From positions 7,924 through 71,923 of the forward strand of contig JAZULQ010000063.1 in NCBI GenBank assembly GCA_045603185.1: DNA of 64,000 nt, written 5' to 3'. The notes under the pieces were generated by a model that was given only the letters and a program-made list of their open reading frames with translations, made no database searches and was not told the origin of the DNA. The position numbers were made by a program, and so were the translations under genes. Shown here piece by piece: positions 29,958 to 38,031 of the stretch. How positions within the stretch are numbered: the first letter of the stretch is position 1; each line of letters starts with the position of its first letter. Source of the stretch: Acutalibacteraceae bacterium (GTDB taxonomy: Bacteria; Bacillota; Clostridia; Oscillospirales; Acutalibacteraceae).

Positions 29958-30845
29958 ATGGAAAAAGTTTTAAACGGCGTTATAATTAAAGGTGTCGGCG
30001 GCTTCTATTATGTGGAAGCCGCCGGAGAAGTTTATGAATGTAAGGCGCGTGGCGCGTTCAGGAAAAAAAGAATAACTCCTCTCGCAGGCGATAATGTTAC
30101 CATTACCGTTCGGGAGGGTCGCGAAAATACTATTGATGAAATAAACAACAGGAAGAATTTTCTTCTGAGACCACCTGTTGCGAATATTGATACGCTTATT
30201 ATTGTGTCATCTATCAGGGAGCCGGTACCCAGTCTTCTCGTTATTGATAAAATGACTGCTATGGCTGTTGATAAGGGCATAAAGCCTTGTGTTGTTTTTT
30301 CGAAAAGTGATTTGGGCGATACCTCGGAGTTTGAGGCAGTTTACAAAAAAGCAGGTATAGATGTTGCGTCAGTTTGCTGTAAAACAGGTGAGGGTATTGA
30401 AGCGGTTAAGGCAATGATTGGCAACGGGATTACTGTGTTTACAGGTAATACCGGCGTAGGTAAATCCTCGTTACTTAATTGTATAGACGATAGGTTTTCC
30501 CTTGCTACCGGCGAAATAAGCGACAAGTTAGGCAGGGGACGTCATACAACCAGAGACGTAACACTTTATCATATCGGTGACGGTTTAGTTGCGGATACGC
30601 CCGGTTTTTCATCGCTTGATATTGAGCAGAGCAGTGATGTTATTGTTAAAGAGAACTTACCTTTCTGTTTTCCTGAATTTAAGGAATACTTAGGTAAGTG
30701 TAAATTTACATCTTGTTCTCACACAGTTGAAAAAGGTTGTGTAATCCTTGAAGCTCTTAAGGACGGCTTGATTGATAAAAACCGTCATGATAGCTATGTT
30801 GCAATGTATAATGAGGTAAAAGATTTAAAGGATTGGCAGTTGTAA
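29958..30845 (+). CDS. rsgA: Ribosome small subunit-dependent GTPase A
   Basis: Circularly permuted GTPase (FSKSDL, GNTGVGKSSL, DTPGF) with a C-terminal zinc cluster (CKFTSCSHTVEKGC). Confidence 0.92.
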   Translation: MEKVLNGVIIKGVGGFYYVEAAGEVYECKARGAFRKKRITPLAGDNVTITVREGRENTIDEINNRKNFLLRPPVANIDTLIIVSSIREPVPSLLVIDKMTAMAVDKGIKPCVVFSKSDLGDTSEFEAVYKKAGIDVASVCCKTGEGIEAVKAMIGNGITVFTGNTGVGKSSLLNCIDDRFSLATGEISDKLGRGRHTTRDVTLYHIGDGLVADTPGFSSLDIEQSSDVIVKENLPFCFPEFKEYLGKCKFTSCSHTVEKGCVILEALKDGLIDKNRHDSYVAMYNEVKDLKDWQL

Positions 30846-30891
30846 CACTTTTTCACCACTTTCATAATATATAACAAAGGAGTGGTGATTG

Positions 30892-30972
30892 ATGAAAGTT
30901 GTAGTTTACCAAAGCCCCAAGTTTTTGCGTGGTATTTTAAAATTAATATTTGGAATTAAAGAAACTCCGTAA
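30892..30972 (+). CDS. spoVM: Stage V sporulation protein M homolog (26 aa; not in the ORF track)
   Basis: ATG 30892 is preceded by AAAGGAGTGGTGA. The product is MKVVVYQSPKFLRGILKLIFGIKETP. B. subtilis SpoVM (from memory) is MKFYTIKLPKFLGGIVRAMLGSFRKD, which has the same length and shares M1, K2, P9-K-F-L, G14-I15 and G21. The gene lies downstream of prkC-rsgA as in Bacillus and is followed by a strong terminator. Confidence 0.7.
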   Translation: MKVVVYQSPKFLRGILKLIFGIKETP

Positions 30973-30993
30973 GGTTTACGCCTTACGGAGTTT
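30962..30993. terminator. Bidirectional terminator between spoVM and the convergent beta-helix gene
   Basis: AAACTCCGTAAGG / CCTTACGGAGTTT forms a perfect 13-bp stem with the 6-nt loop TTTACG. Short T tracts are present on both strands. Confidence 0.75.
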
Positions 30994-31002
30994 AATTTAT
31001 TA

Positions 31003-33207
31003 TCAGAATTCAGTTATTGTTCCTGCATTGTATTCCCAAGGTTCAAAACCTGCCTCAATAGCAGGGGAGTTCTCTGCAAGGGTGAAGTCACGGTTCTGCG
31101 CATCCTTGAATAGCGGGTCGGCTAAAACGGCGTTGTTATAGTAGCCTCTGCCGTACATACCTAAAATATTTTCACTGTCAAAAATATTTGTTGAACTGCC
31201 TGAATGAACTGTCTTACCAAAAGTATTATAGTCCCAGTATAAGTTGCTGTCATCCTTGAACCAGTCAAGACTTAAGGTTTCTTTGTACATAGGAGTGTCA
31301 TCACCAACAAGGATATTGTTGTAAAGATATAATGAGTTGTGGTCTTCGTGTCTTGATATTTTGAATTGACCTTCTCCGCCGAAAGCAAAGATGTTGTTTT
31401 TTATCATGTTATCCTTGCCGTAGTGCTGGTGGAATGTCTGTGAAGAGCAATCATATACAAGATTCTTTTCAACGAGAATTCCGGAAGAACCCTCGTCGAG
31501 GTAAATACCCCAGCCGCCGTAGCCGTAGCTTCCTTTATCACAACCAACATTGTAAATTATGTTTTCGGAAATCACCGTGTCGGGCTGAATACCGAGTGTA
31601 TAAATAGCACCCATATCAGAAAGCCAACCGTTACCGATATTGTAAATAAGGTTATTGCTTATGTTTATATTGTTTGTGGGATTGTCGGTGTAGCCCCAGT
31701 TCCAACCAACTGAAATACCGGTGTACCAGCCATCGTGGATTTCGTTGTTGGTAAGGTTACAGTTAATAGCGTGAGTAAGAAGAATACCGATAGCGTTGTT
31801 GAATATTCTGCCGTATTTACTGATATGGCAATCGGTGACATTAATATTCTTTGTAGTTGCAGGAACAACGAATTCACCGTTTATGAAGATTGCGTTACCG
31901 CCGATTTCGTTGAATAAACAACTTGTTATGTTGCAATCTTTAGCCGCCGAATCGAATTTAACAGCCGTATATGAAATGTTTTCAAAGGTGCAATTTGTGA
32001 AATTGATACCCTTTGAAGCAGTTATTAGGATTGCCGCAGGGGTTTCAAAAGCCGCCTGAGGATGAACGGCGCAGTATTCAATGTTTTTATATAACGGATG
32101 GGTTTCGTCGAAAACTTTTCCGTAAAATGCATTATCTTTTCCTACGTGGTCCCAGTCTGTGTTCTCAAAATCAATACCTTGGAACGAGATGTTGGTAGCG
32201 TTATTTATAGTTATGAGTTGTTCTGTTTTACCGGCATAAAGAACTGTATTATCAATAGTATCACCCTCTTGGGGTATGTAATAAAGCTTATCTTCATTGC
32301 GGTCGAGATACCATTCACCGGGTAAGGAAAGAGCTTCCTTGACGTTTTCAAAAACGAAGTTGTCATCAACTCTTACGGTCATAGATGATGGCTTTCTGGT
32401 TTCTATTCTGCCTGTTTTTGTGTCAACAGAGTGTATAGGCAGAATTTCGTCACACCAGAAATGCATAAGTCTTATATCAATGTCCTGTGCATTACTGAAT
32501 TCGAGAATATCTGCTGTATTTGCATAAAAAACAGCGGAGTGAGTGAAGAAATCCGGGTCGTTCTCGGGGATAACAGCTTCGTCAGTTTTCGGGTCTTTGA
32601 TTTTGAAGAAATCTTCTTTAGGATAGTTCGAGCGGGAGAGACGTTCTCCGTCCTTGAAAAGAGAACGGAAATAATCCTCATCGCTTTCAACAGTCAAAGG
32701 CATTACAAATGCCTTAACTCCGTTGATTTCAGTTTCTTTCCAATTACCTTTTATTTCCTTGGAGCCTGAAAAAACTACTTCTTCATTCGGAAAAGAACGG
32801 TAAAGAACATTGGATTTATCAGTTTCGTCAAAGGAAAGCGTGTCAGATATGGCATAAGTACCTTCACGGAACCATACAGTAATATGTGTATCTTCAGGTG
32901 CGTTTAAAGCTTTGAGCTTTTCTTTGGCAGCTTTTAATGTTTTTAAAGGCTTTTCCAATGTGCCGTCAGCTGTATCGTCGCCGTTGACGGAAACAACCAA
33001 ATCATATTTTCCCATTTTGAATACACCTTCATCAAAGACTTTTTTGTCAGCTTTTTTGTCATTACCGTCCTTAAATTCGGCTATTCTTTTTTCGGGGTAG
33101 TTCGCAATAAATACAACAGTTCCCGCGGTTATCGTAAGCACCAGAATAACCGAAACAACAGTAAGAATGATTTTTTTAACCGTTTTTTTGTTGATGTTCT
33201 TTTTCAT
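31003..33207 (-). CDS. Membrane-anchored right-handed parallel beta-helix repeat protein (pectate-lyase fold, probable glycan-active enzyme)
   Basis: N-terminal TM anchor (IILTVVSVILVLTITAGTVVFI). Repeated beta-helix coils follow (NCTFENI, NITSCLFNEIGGNAIFI, NVTDCHI, NLTNNEIHDGWYTGISVGWNWGY, NISNNLIYNIG). Confidence 0.6.
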   Translation of the reverse strand: MKKNINKKTVKKIILTVVSVILVLTITAGTVVFIANYPEKRIAEFKDGNDKKADKKVFDEGVFKMGKYDLVVSVNGDDTADGTLEKPLKTLKAAKEKLKALNAPEDTHITVWFREGTYAISDTLSFDETDKSNVLYRSFPNEEVVFSGSKEIKGNWKETEINGVKAFVMPLTVESDEDYFRSLFKDGERLSRSNYPKEDFFKIKDPKTDEAVIPENDPDFFTHSAVFYANTADILEFSNAQDIDIRLMHFWCDEILPIHSVDTKTGRIETRKPSSMTVRVDDNFVFENVKEALSLPGEWYLDRNEDKLYYIPQEGDTIDNTVLYAGKTEQLITINNATNISFQGIDFENTDWDHVGKDNAFYGKVFDETHPLYKNIEYCAVHPQAAFETPAAILITASKGINFTNCTFENISYTAVKFDSAAKDCNITSCLFNEIGGNAIFINGEFVVPATTKNINVTDCHISKYGRIFNNAIGILLTHAINCNLTNNEIHDGWYTGISVGWNWGYTDNPTNNINISNNLIYNIGNGWLSDMGAIYTLGIQPDTVISENIIYNVGCDKGSYGYGGWGIYLDEGSSGILVEKNLVYDCSSQTFHQHYGKDNMIKNNIFAFGGEGQFKISRHEDHNSLYLYNNILVGDDTPMYKETLSLDWFKDDSNLYWDYNTFGKTVHSGSSTNIFDSENILGMYGRGYYNNAVLADPLFKDAQNRDFTLAENSPAIEAGFEPWEYNAGTITEF

Positions 33208-33221
33208 ACAATCACCTTGAA

Positions 33222-33917
33222 TTAAAATGAAATTCTTTCTCCTGTGTGAGCGTTTACAATGCCTTTATGAACGCCGATATATGTGTTTGAAATATATTTG
33301 TCTAAATGAAGACTTCCGAAAAACCATCTGCTGAATTCACTGCATTTTGAGAGTTCGTCAAAATATGCGTTGAGAGTTGTAACGCGTACTGCATCGCCTT
33401 CGCCAAGCTTCAGGAAACCCTTGATAGTGGATGATGGTTCGTGTGTGATGATAACGTCAATTTTACAATCATGCTTCTCAAGGTTGCTTGCACCTTCAAG
33501 GAGCTCCTCTTTAGAAGGTATCTCATATTTAAGCCAAGGGTTATCCTCAAGCCTTGACTCGAGGTCAGGGCTTTCTCCGCCACCCATTGTAAAAATCTTT
33601 AAACCGTCTATAACAAAAACCTGACCTCTCATAAGGTGGAAAATGTTATCGGAAATCTGATGGACCTTTCCGCCGTTCCAGGTTGTGGTAGGGTAGGCGT
33701 TGAGATACTCAAAATTCTCATGAGTTCCGTCAATAAAACAAATATTGTATTTTCTCTTTGAAAGAGATTTTAAAAATTTCTGTTCAGCCTTTGACCTGTC
33801 CCAGATAAAACCAAAGTCACCGCACACGATTAGTGTGTCGCCGTCGTTGAGTTTTTTCAATACACTTTTTGAAAGTCTTTTAGGGTCGCCATGGGTGTCG
33901 CCGGTTACAAAAACCAT
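33222..33917 (-). CDS. Metallophosphoesterase (calcineurin-like)
   Basis: GDTHGD, GDFGFIWD, GTHENF and ITHEP motifs. It lies 14 nt upstream of the beta-helix gene, which has its own AAGGTGA SD. Confidence 0.75.
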   Translation of the reverse strand: MVFVTGDTHGDPKRLSKSVLKKLNDGDTLIVCGDFGFIWDRSKAEQKFLKSLSKRKYNICFIDGTHENFEYLNAYPTTTWNGGKVHQISDNIFHLMRGQVFVIDGLKIFTMGGGESPDLESRLEDNPWLKYEIPSKEELLEGASNLEKHDCKIDVIITHEPSSTIKGFLKLGEGDAVRVTTLNAYFDELSKCSEFSRWFFGSLHLDKYISNTYIGVHKGIVNAHTGERISF

Positions 33918-34029
33918 ATTTTTGTTCTCCTTTTTTTATAAATAGTATTTTATTCTGTCGAAATAAATGGTATAATGTCAGAAGATAAATTATTACTATA
34001 TATTTTATAACATTTAACGGTGATTGTCT

Positions 34030-35439
34030 ATGAAAAAATTACTGATTTTTATATTTTGTATTTTATTTTGCGTACCTTTTTCTGTAATCGGTCTTGCGGC
34101 TGAAGCTGAAGATAGTGTCAAGACGCTGAATGGCTATTATGATATTGATGCGCCTGAGTACGAAACCGATATTGCTCTGCTCGTAAACGCTGATACGGAT
34201 ACGGTTATTTACAGTAAAAATGCTGATATGATTACCGCACCGGCTTCACTTGCCAAAATAACCACGGCATTGGTTGCTCTTTCTAAGTGTAATGATTTGC
34301 AGACTGTTATAACCTGCTCGGAAAACGCCATCGACAGTTTATTGGGTACTGGTAGCTCTATTGCCGGATTAAAGGCAGGGGAGCAAGTTACTTTTGAAAT
34401 GTTGCTGTATTGCCTTTTCCTTCCCAGTGCTAATGACGCGGCGGCAGTTATAGCTGAGCATTTCGGTAATGGTGATGCAACGGTTTTTGTTGCTGAAATG
34501 AACGAGTATGTTAAAAAACTCGGTTGTAAAAATACATATTTCGCTAATCCTCACGGTCTGGACGACACATCCATTGAGGGTTTTGACAGCGAGGCGCAGA
34601 ATCGCACTACTGCAAATGATATGTATCTTATCGCTAAAGCGGCCCTTGCAAACGACCATATAAGACAGATTTCTACTAAATACGGTAAAACTATGCCCGC
34701 TACGAATAAAAGCGATATAAGATATCTGTATAATACCAATCCGCTTCTCAACAGTTACTCTTATTACTATTACGAAGGCGCTATCGGTCTTAAAACCGGA
34801 ACAACCGATAAGGCGGGATGTTGTCTTATTTCGAGTGCTACAAAGGATGGGTATACTTATATTTCTATCGCTATGAAGGGTAACGACAAGTACGTAGCAG
34901 ATGGTGAGTACAGAAATACAGCGTACCTTATGTGCCGTTATATGCTGAAGTGGGCTTTTTCAAACATCAAAATGAAAGAACTTGCCGATTCATCATATAA
35001 TTTAGGTGAGGTTGCGGTTAAATTCGGCAGGGGTAATGATTATGTTGCCCTCGTTCCTCAGAGTAATATAAGCGCCGTTGTTCATAGAGATATTGATATG
35101 GATAATATGACGGTTAAGTTTTCGGATGACTTTCCGACTCAGGTGGATGCTCCTGTAAAACAAGGCGATATTATCGGTACTGCTGATGTTATTTATAATG
35201 ATGTTAAGATTTCTTCTGTAACACTTGTTGCTCAGCAGGACGTGAAAAAGAATTATCTTTGGTCTATGTTCAACTGGTTAGAGAAGATTATGGGTTCAAA
35301 GCTTTTTGTTATTTTTGTAATTGTTGTCATTATAATCGTGCTGCTTCTTTTCTTCTTAACAAAGAATACACGCGACCGCAGAAAACGCCGTAAAAACAGA
35401 ATTGAAATAGTTAAGGATTATAGCAAACTCGCTAAATAA
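34030..35439 (+). CDS. D-alanyl-D-alanine carboxypeptidase (second PBP5-like paralog) with C-terminal membrane anchor
   Basis: Signal peptide, then SxxK (PASLAKITT), SxN (PSANDAA) and KTG (LKTGTT). C-terminal TM helix plus a basic tail (RDRRKRRKNR). ATG 34030 has a better SD than the track TTG at 34024. Confidence 0.85.
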   Translation: MKKLLIFIFCILFCVPFSVIGLAAEAEDSVKTLNGYYDIDAPEYETDIALLVNADTDTVIYSKNADMITAPASLAKITTALVALSKCNDLQTVITCSENAIDSLLGTGSSIAGLKAGEQVTFEMLLYCLFLPSANDAAAVIAEHFGNGDATVFVAEMNEYVKKLGCKNTYFANPHGLDDTSIEGFDSEAQNRTTANDMYLIAKAALANDHIRQISTKYGKTMPATNKSDIRYLYNTNPLLNSYSYYYYEGAIGLKTGTTDKAGCCLISSATKDGYTYISIAMKGNDKYVADGEYRNTAYLMCRYMLKWAFSNIKMKELADSSYNLGEVAVKFGRGNDYVALVPQSNISAVVHRDIDMDNMTVKFSDDFPTQVDAPVKQGDIIGTADVIYNDVKISSVTLVAQQDVKKNYLWSMFNWLEKIMGSKLFVIFVIVVIIIVLLLFFLTKNTRDRRKRRKNRIEIVKDYSKLAK

Positions 35440-35559
35440 AAATAGTATTTATTGTGTATTTTTTTGAATTTGCCACGTGAGAAAAATATACGAAAAAACG
35501 AGCAAAAACGAGAAAACGAGAGATTGCGTTTGGTATTTAAAAAAATCCTGAAAAAAGTG

Positions 35560-35588
35560 TTGACATCTCCGCATTGCTGTGATAATAT
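35560..35588 (+). promoter_or_regulatory. Sigma-A promoter of the rplM-rpsI operon with an A-rich upstream (UP-like) tract
   Basis: TTGACA (35560-35565), a 17-nt spacer, then TAATAT (35583-35588). An AAACGAG x3 A-rich tract lies at about 35495-35525. Confidence 0.65.
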
Positions 35589-35641
35589 ATCAAGGCAATG
35601 CGGGGTTTTTATGCCCCGAAACTATATCGGAGGTAACTGTT

Positions 35642-36067
35642 ATGTCTACTTATATGCCTAAAGGCAAAACTGAGCGCCAGTGGTATGTTCTTGACGCAGA
35701 AGGCAGAACTCTCGGCGAAGTTGCTGTAGAAGCTGCTGTTCTTCTTCGCGGTAAGCACAAACCCACATTCGCTCCTCACGCTGATTGCGGCGATAGCGTT
35801 ATTATCATCAACGCTGCAAAAGTAGTTCTCACAGGTAACAAACTTGAGGACAAGTATTATCACCATCACACAGGCTATATCGGCAATATGAAATCTGTTA
35901 AATACGGTATTCTTATGAAAGAAAAACCCGAATTTGCAGTTCAGAAAGCTGTTAAGGGTATGCTCCCCGATAACACTCTCGGTAGAGCAGCTATGGCTCG
36001 TCTTCGTGTATATGCAGGTGCAGAGCACGAACAGACAGCTCAGAAGCCTATCGTTAGAGAATTTTAA
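35642..36067 (+). CDS. rplM: 50S ribosomal protein L13
   Basis: [28 protein letters not shown]... is a canonical L13. GGAGGT SD at 35629-35634. The track start at 35579 lies inside the promoter/leader. Confidence 0.95.
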   Translation: MSTYMPKGKTERQWYVLDAEGRTLGEVAVEAAVLLRGKHKPTFAPHADCGDSVIIINAAKVVLTGNKLEDKYYHHHTGYIGNMKSVKYGILMKEKPEFAVQKAVKGMLPDNTLGRAAMARLRVYAGAEHEQTAQKPIVREF

Positions 36068-36084
36068 GGGAGGAGGCAACTATT

Positions 36085-36483
36085 ATGTACGAAAGCAAAG
36101 CATATTTCTACGGCACAGGTAGAAGAAAAAAATCTGTTGCTCGTGTTCGTGTATATCCCGGCACAGGCAAAGTTACAATTAACGACAGAGATATCGATGA
36201 TTATTTCGGTCTTGTAACACTTAAACTTATCGTTCGACAGCCTCTCGCTCTTACAGAGACAACTGAAAAGTACGATGTTGTTTGCCGTGTAAACGGCGGT
36301 GGCGTTACAGGCCAGGCTGGTGCAATCCGTCACGGTATTGCAAGAGCTCTTCTTCAGTCAGAAGATGACGTTCGTCCCGTTCTTAAGAAAGCCGGACTTC
36401 TCACTCGTGACCCCAGAATGAAAGAGAGAAAGAAATACGGTCTCAAAGGCGCTCGTCGCGCACCTCAGTTCAGCAAGAGATAA
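36085..36483 (+). CDS. rpsI: 30S ribosomal protein S9
   Basis: [31 protein letters not shown] and the C-terminal RRAPQFSKR. Confidence 0.96.
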   Translation: MYESKAYFYGTGRRKKSVARVRVYPGTGKVTINDRDIDDYFGLVTLKLIVRQPLALTETTEKYDVVCRVNGGGVTGQAGAIRHGIARALLQSEDDVRPVLKKAGLLTRDPRMKERKKYGLKGARRAPQFSKR

Positions 36484-36510
36484 TTTCTTATTTCAAAGAG
36501 TATTCAAAAA

Positions 36511-36542
36511 CCCCGAAACCACAGTGGTTTTCGGGGTTTTTT
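36511..36542 (+). terminator. Rho-independent terminator of rplM-rpsI
   Basis: CCCCGAAACCAC / GTGGTTTTCGGGG stem followed by TTTTTT. Confidence 0.85.
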
Positions 36543-36588
36543 ATGCCTTGATTTTCACTTTGGTGCAAACTTGGTGCAAGTTATTTTA

Positions 36589-36620
36589 AAGGGTATGACA
36601 CACGAAATGTCATAGCCCTT
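36589..36620 (-). terminator. Hairpin downstream of the 67-aa membrane protein gene
   Basis: AAGGGTATGACA / TGTCATAGCCCTT stem with one bulge. The T tracts on both strands are short. Confidence 0.4.
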
Positions 36621-36623
36621 TTG

Positions 36624-36827
36624 TTATATCCAATATCCTCTAAATATGTAACTGCACAAGCAACATAGCCCAAATATTAATGCAAGTGGAATCAATATAA
36701 GCAATAACTTTAAGAAGATTTTTAATGCCTTGCTCGGTATTTTGTTGATTTTATTTTTTAAGTTGTTGTATTTGGATTCAAAAGGCATAAAAAGTATTGA
36801 AAGAATGCGTTCTAAAATATCTTCCAT
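36624..36827 (-). CDS. Small C-terminally membrane-anchored protein, unknown function (67 aa)
   Basis: AGGAGTGG SD. C-terminal hydrophobic helix LLLILIPLALIFGLCCLCSYIF. It lies 12 nt downstream of the zinc-ribbon gene. Confidence 0.5.
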   Translation of the reverse strand: MEDILERILSILFMPFESKYNNLKNKINKIPSKALKIFLKLLLILIPLALIFGLCCLCSYIFRGYWI

Positions 36828-36839
36828 ATGCCACTCCTA

Positions 36840-37121
36840 TCACTTCCATCGGTTGATGGCGATGTCGTTTTCTTTAACTTCTTTTATGGTGTAGGTCTTA
36901 TCACATTTGTTGCAACGAAAAACAGTTCGAATAAATTTTATATTTCCGACTAAAAAGCTATCACCATTTGAAAAATCATAGTTTTTTGCTTCTTCCGATT
37001 TGGAATTAACAACCGTTTCCTTTTTCGTTTTTTCTAACCTCTCATTACAATAGGGGCAATAATGCTTTTTTATATAGAAGATCGGGTGAGACCATTCGCG
37101 CTTCACACCGTGTATTTTCAT
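36840..37121 (-). CDS. Zinc-ribbon protein, unknown function (93 aa)
   Basis: CPYC...CNKC (CxxC-x43-CxxC). It has its own consensus promoter and an AGTGAGGTG SD. Confidence 0.5.
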   Translation of the reverse strand: MKIHGVKREWSHPIFYIKKHYCPYCNERLEKTKKETVVNSKSEEAKNYDFSNGDSFLVGNIKFIRTVFRCNKCDKTYTIKEVKENDIAINRWK

Positions 37122-37145
37122 AAAGATTACACCTCACTTTTCCTC

Positions 37146-37174
37146 ATTATAGCATAGAAATATGTCTTTTTCAA
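37146..37174 (-). promoter_or_regulatory. Sigma-A promoter of the zinc-ribbon / small membrane protein pair
   Basis: Minus strand reads TTGAAA (37174-37169), a 17-nt spacer, then TATAAT (37151-37146). Confidence 0.65.
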
Positions 37175-37290
37175 TGTGAATACACTCTCTTGAGTCAAAG
37201 TCCTTGCAATCTTGCAGGGAGTTGTTTTTTATATAATTAACTGAGGTGTCCACACGGCGTAGCCGTTGCGGTCGCTTAATAAAAAGGCGT

Positions 37291-37319
37291 AAAAAAACAC
37301 TCTCCAAAAGGAGAGTGTT
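37291..37319 (-). terminator. Rho-independent terminator of the DUF4234 gene
   Basis: Minus strand reads ACACTCTCC-TTTT-GGAGAGTGT followed by TTTTTTT. Confidence 0.8.
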
Positions 37320-37336
37320 CAGTATTTGTTTTAAGA

Positions 37337-37771
37337 TTATTCAGCGTCTGTAAAAACGTATTCCTGAGCTGTTTCATCAACGAGACCGTTATATTCGTTA
37401 AATGCAACACCCATAGCATTGAAGTTCTTAACAATGATATACATACCGATAAAAGAACCAACAACGGGGATAAGTAATGTGAATAAAAGAACAAGTGCGC
37501 CGCTTTCGCTGAACTTGATGTTGTAGCGAGGAGCATTATCTTTAAGTCTCTGAGCAATTTTGAATTTCCAAACAAGGCCGAAGATACCTAAAGTAACGAA
37601 ATCGAGAAGCCAAACAAAAACATATTTCATTGTTTTTTGACCGTCGCCTTCGCAAAGGGTATTTACATCGTTAGAGATTTTTGTCCAGTAAACGATAGGG
37701 TAGATACCGAAAGTGAGAACACCGAATAAAAGTAATGCTAAGAAACTTCTTTCTTTAATAGTAGCTGTCAT
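37337..37771 (-). CDS. DUF4234 domain membrane protein
   Basis: Repeated GIY/GIF-containing TM hairpins (LTFGIYPIVYWTK, VTLGIFGLVWKFK) are typical of DUF4234. Confidence 0.6.
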   Translation of the reverse strand: MTATIKERSFLALLLFGVLTFGIYPIVYWTKISNDVNTLCEGDGQKTMKYVFVWLLDFVTLGIFGLVWKFKIAQRLKDNAPRYNIKFSESGALVLLFTLLIPVVGSFIGMYIIVKNFNAMGVAFNEYNGLVDETAQEYVFTDAE

Positions 37772-37940
37772 TTTAAAAAACTCCTTTGAGCAGTTTTATT
37801 TACTTCAACAGTATATAATATTTTTTACCAAAAATCAAGTGTTTTCGTAATATAAGAGATAATCTTTTTTATTCGTTGATTTTCAAGCGTGTTTTAGCAT
37901 ATATATGTAATTAAATCTATAAAAATAACTGTTTCAATCA

Positions 37941-37969
37941 TTGACAATCAACGAAGAATGTGTGATAAT
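37941..37969 (+). promoter_or_regulatory. Sigma-A promoter (extended -10) of valS-folC
   Basis: TTGACA (37941-37946), a 17-nt spacer, then TGTGATAAT (37961-37969). Confidence 0.7.
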
Positions 37970-38031
37970 AACCTGTAAATTGAGTTTCTATGTTTTGTGG
38001 AAACTTACATCATTTTTAAGGGGGACTTCTT

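Noticed and set aside
30950-31141. 63-aa plus-strand ORF after spoVM
   Set aside because: It starts inside spoVM, runs through the bidirectional terminator and then lies antisense to the beta-helix gene. It is not credible.
35452-35661. 69-aa ORF, plus the 35579 start of the rplM track ORF
   Set aside because: Both span the rplM promoter and leader. L13 clearly begins at MSTYMPKG (35642), which has a GGAGGT SD.
37205-37245. Hairpin CCTTGCAA/TTGCAGGG followed by a T run on the + strand
   Set aside because: No + strand gene ends nearby, because rpsI is already terminated at 36511-36542. The stem has a mismatch. It may be a secondary structure in the minus-strand intergenic region, so I did not call it as a feature.
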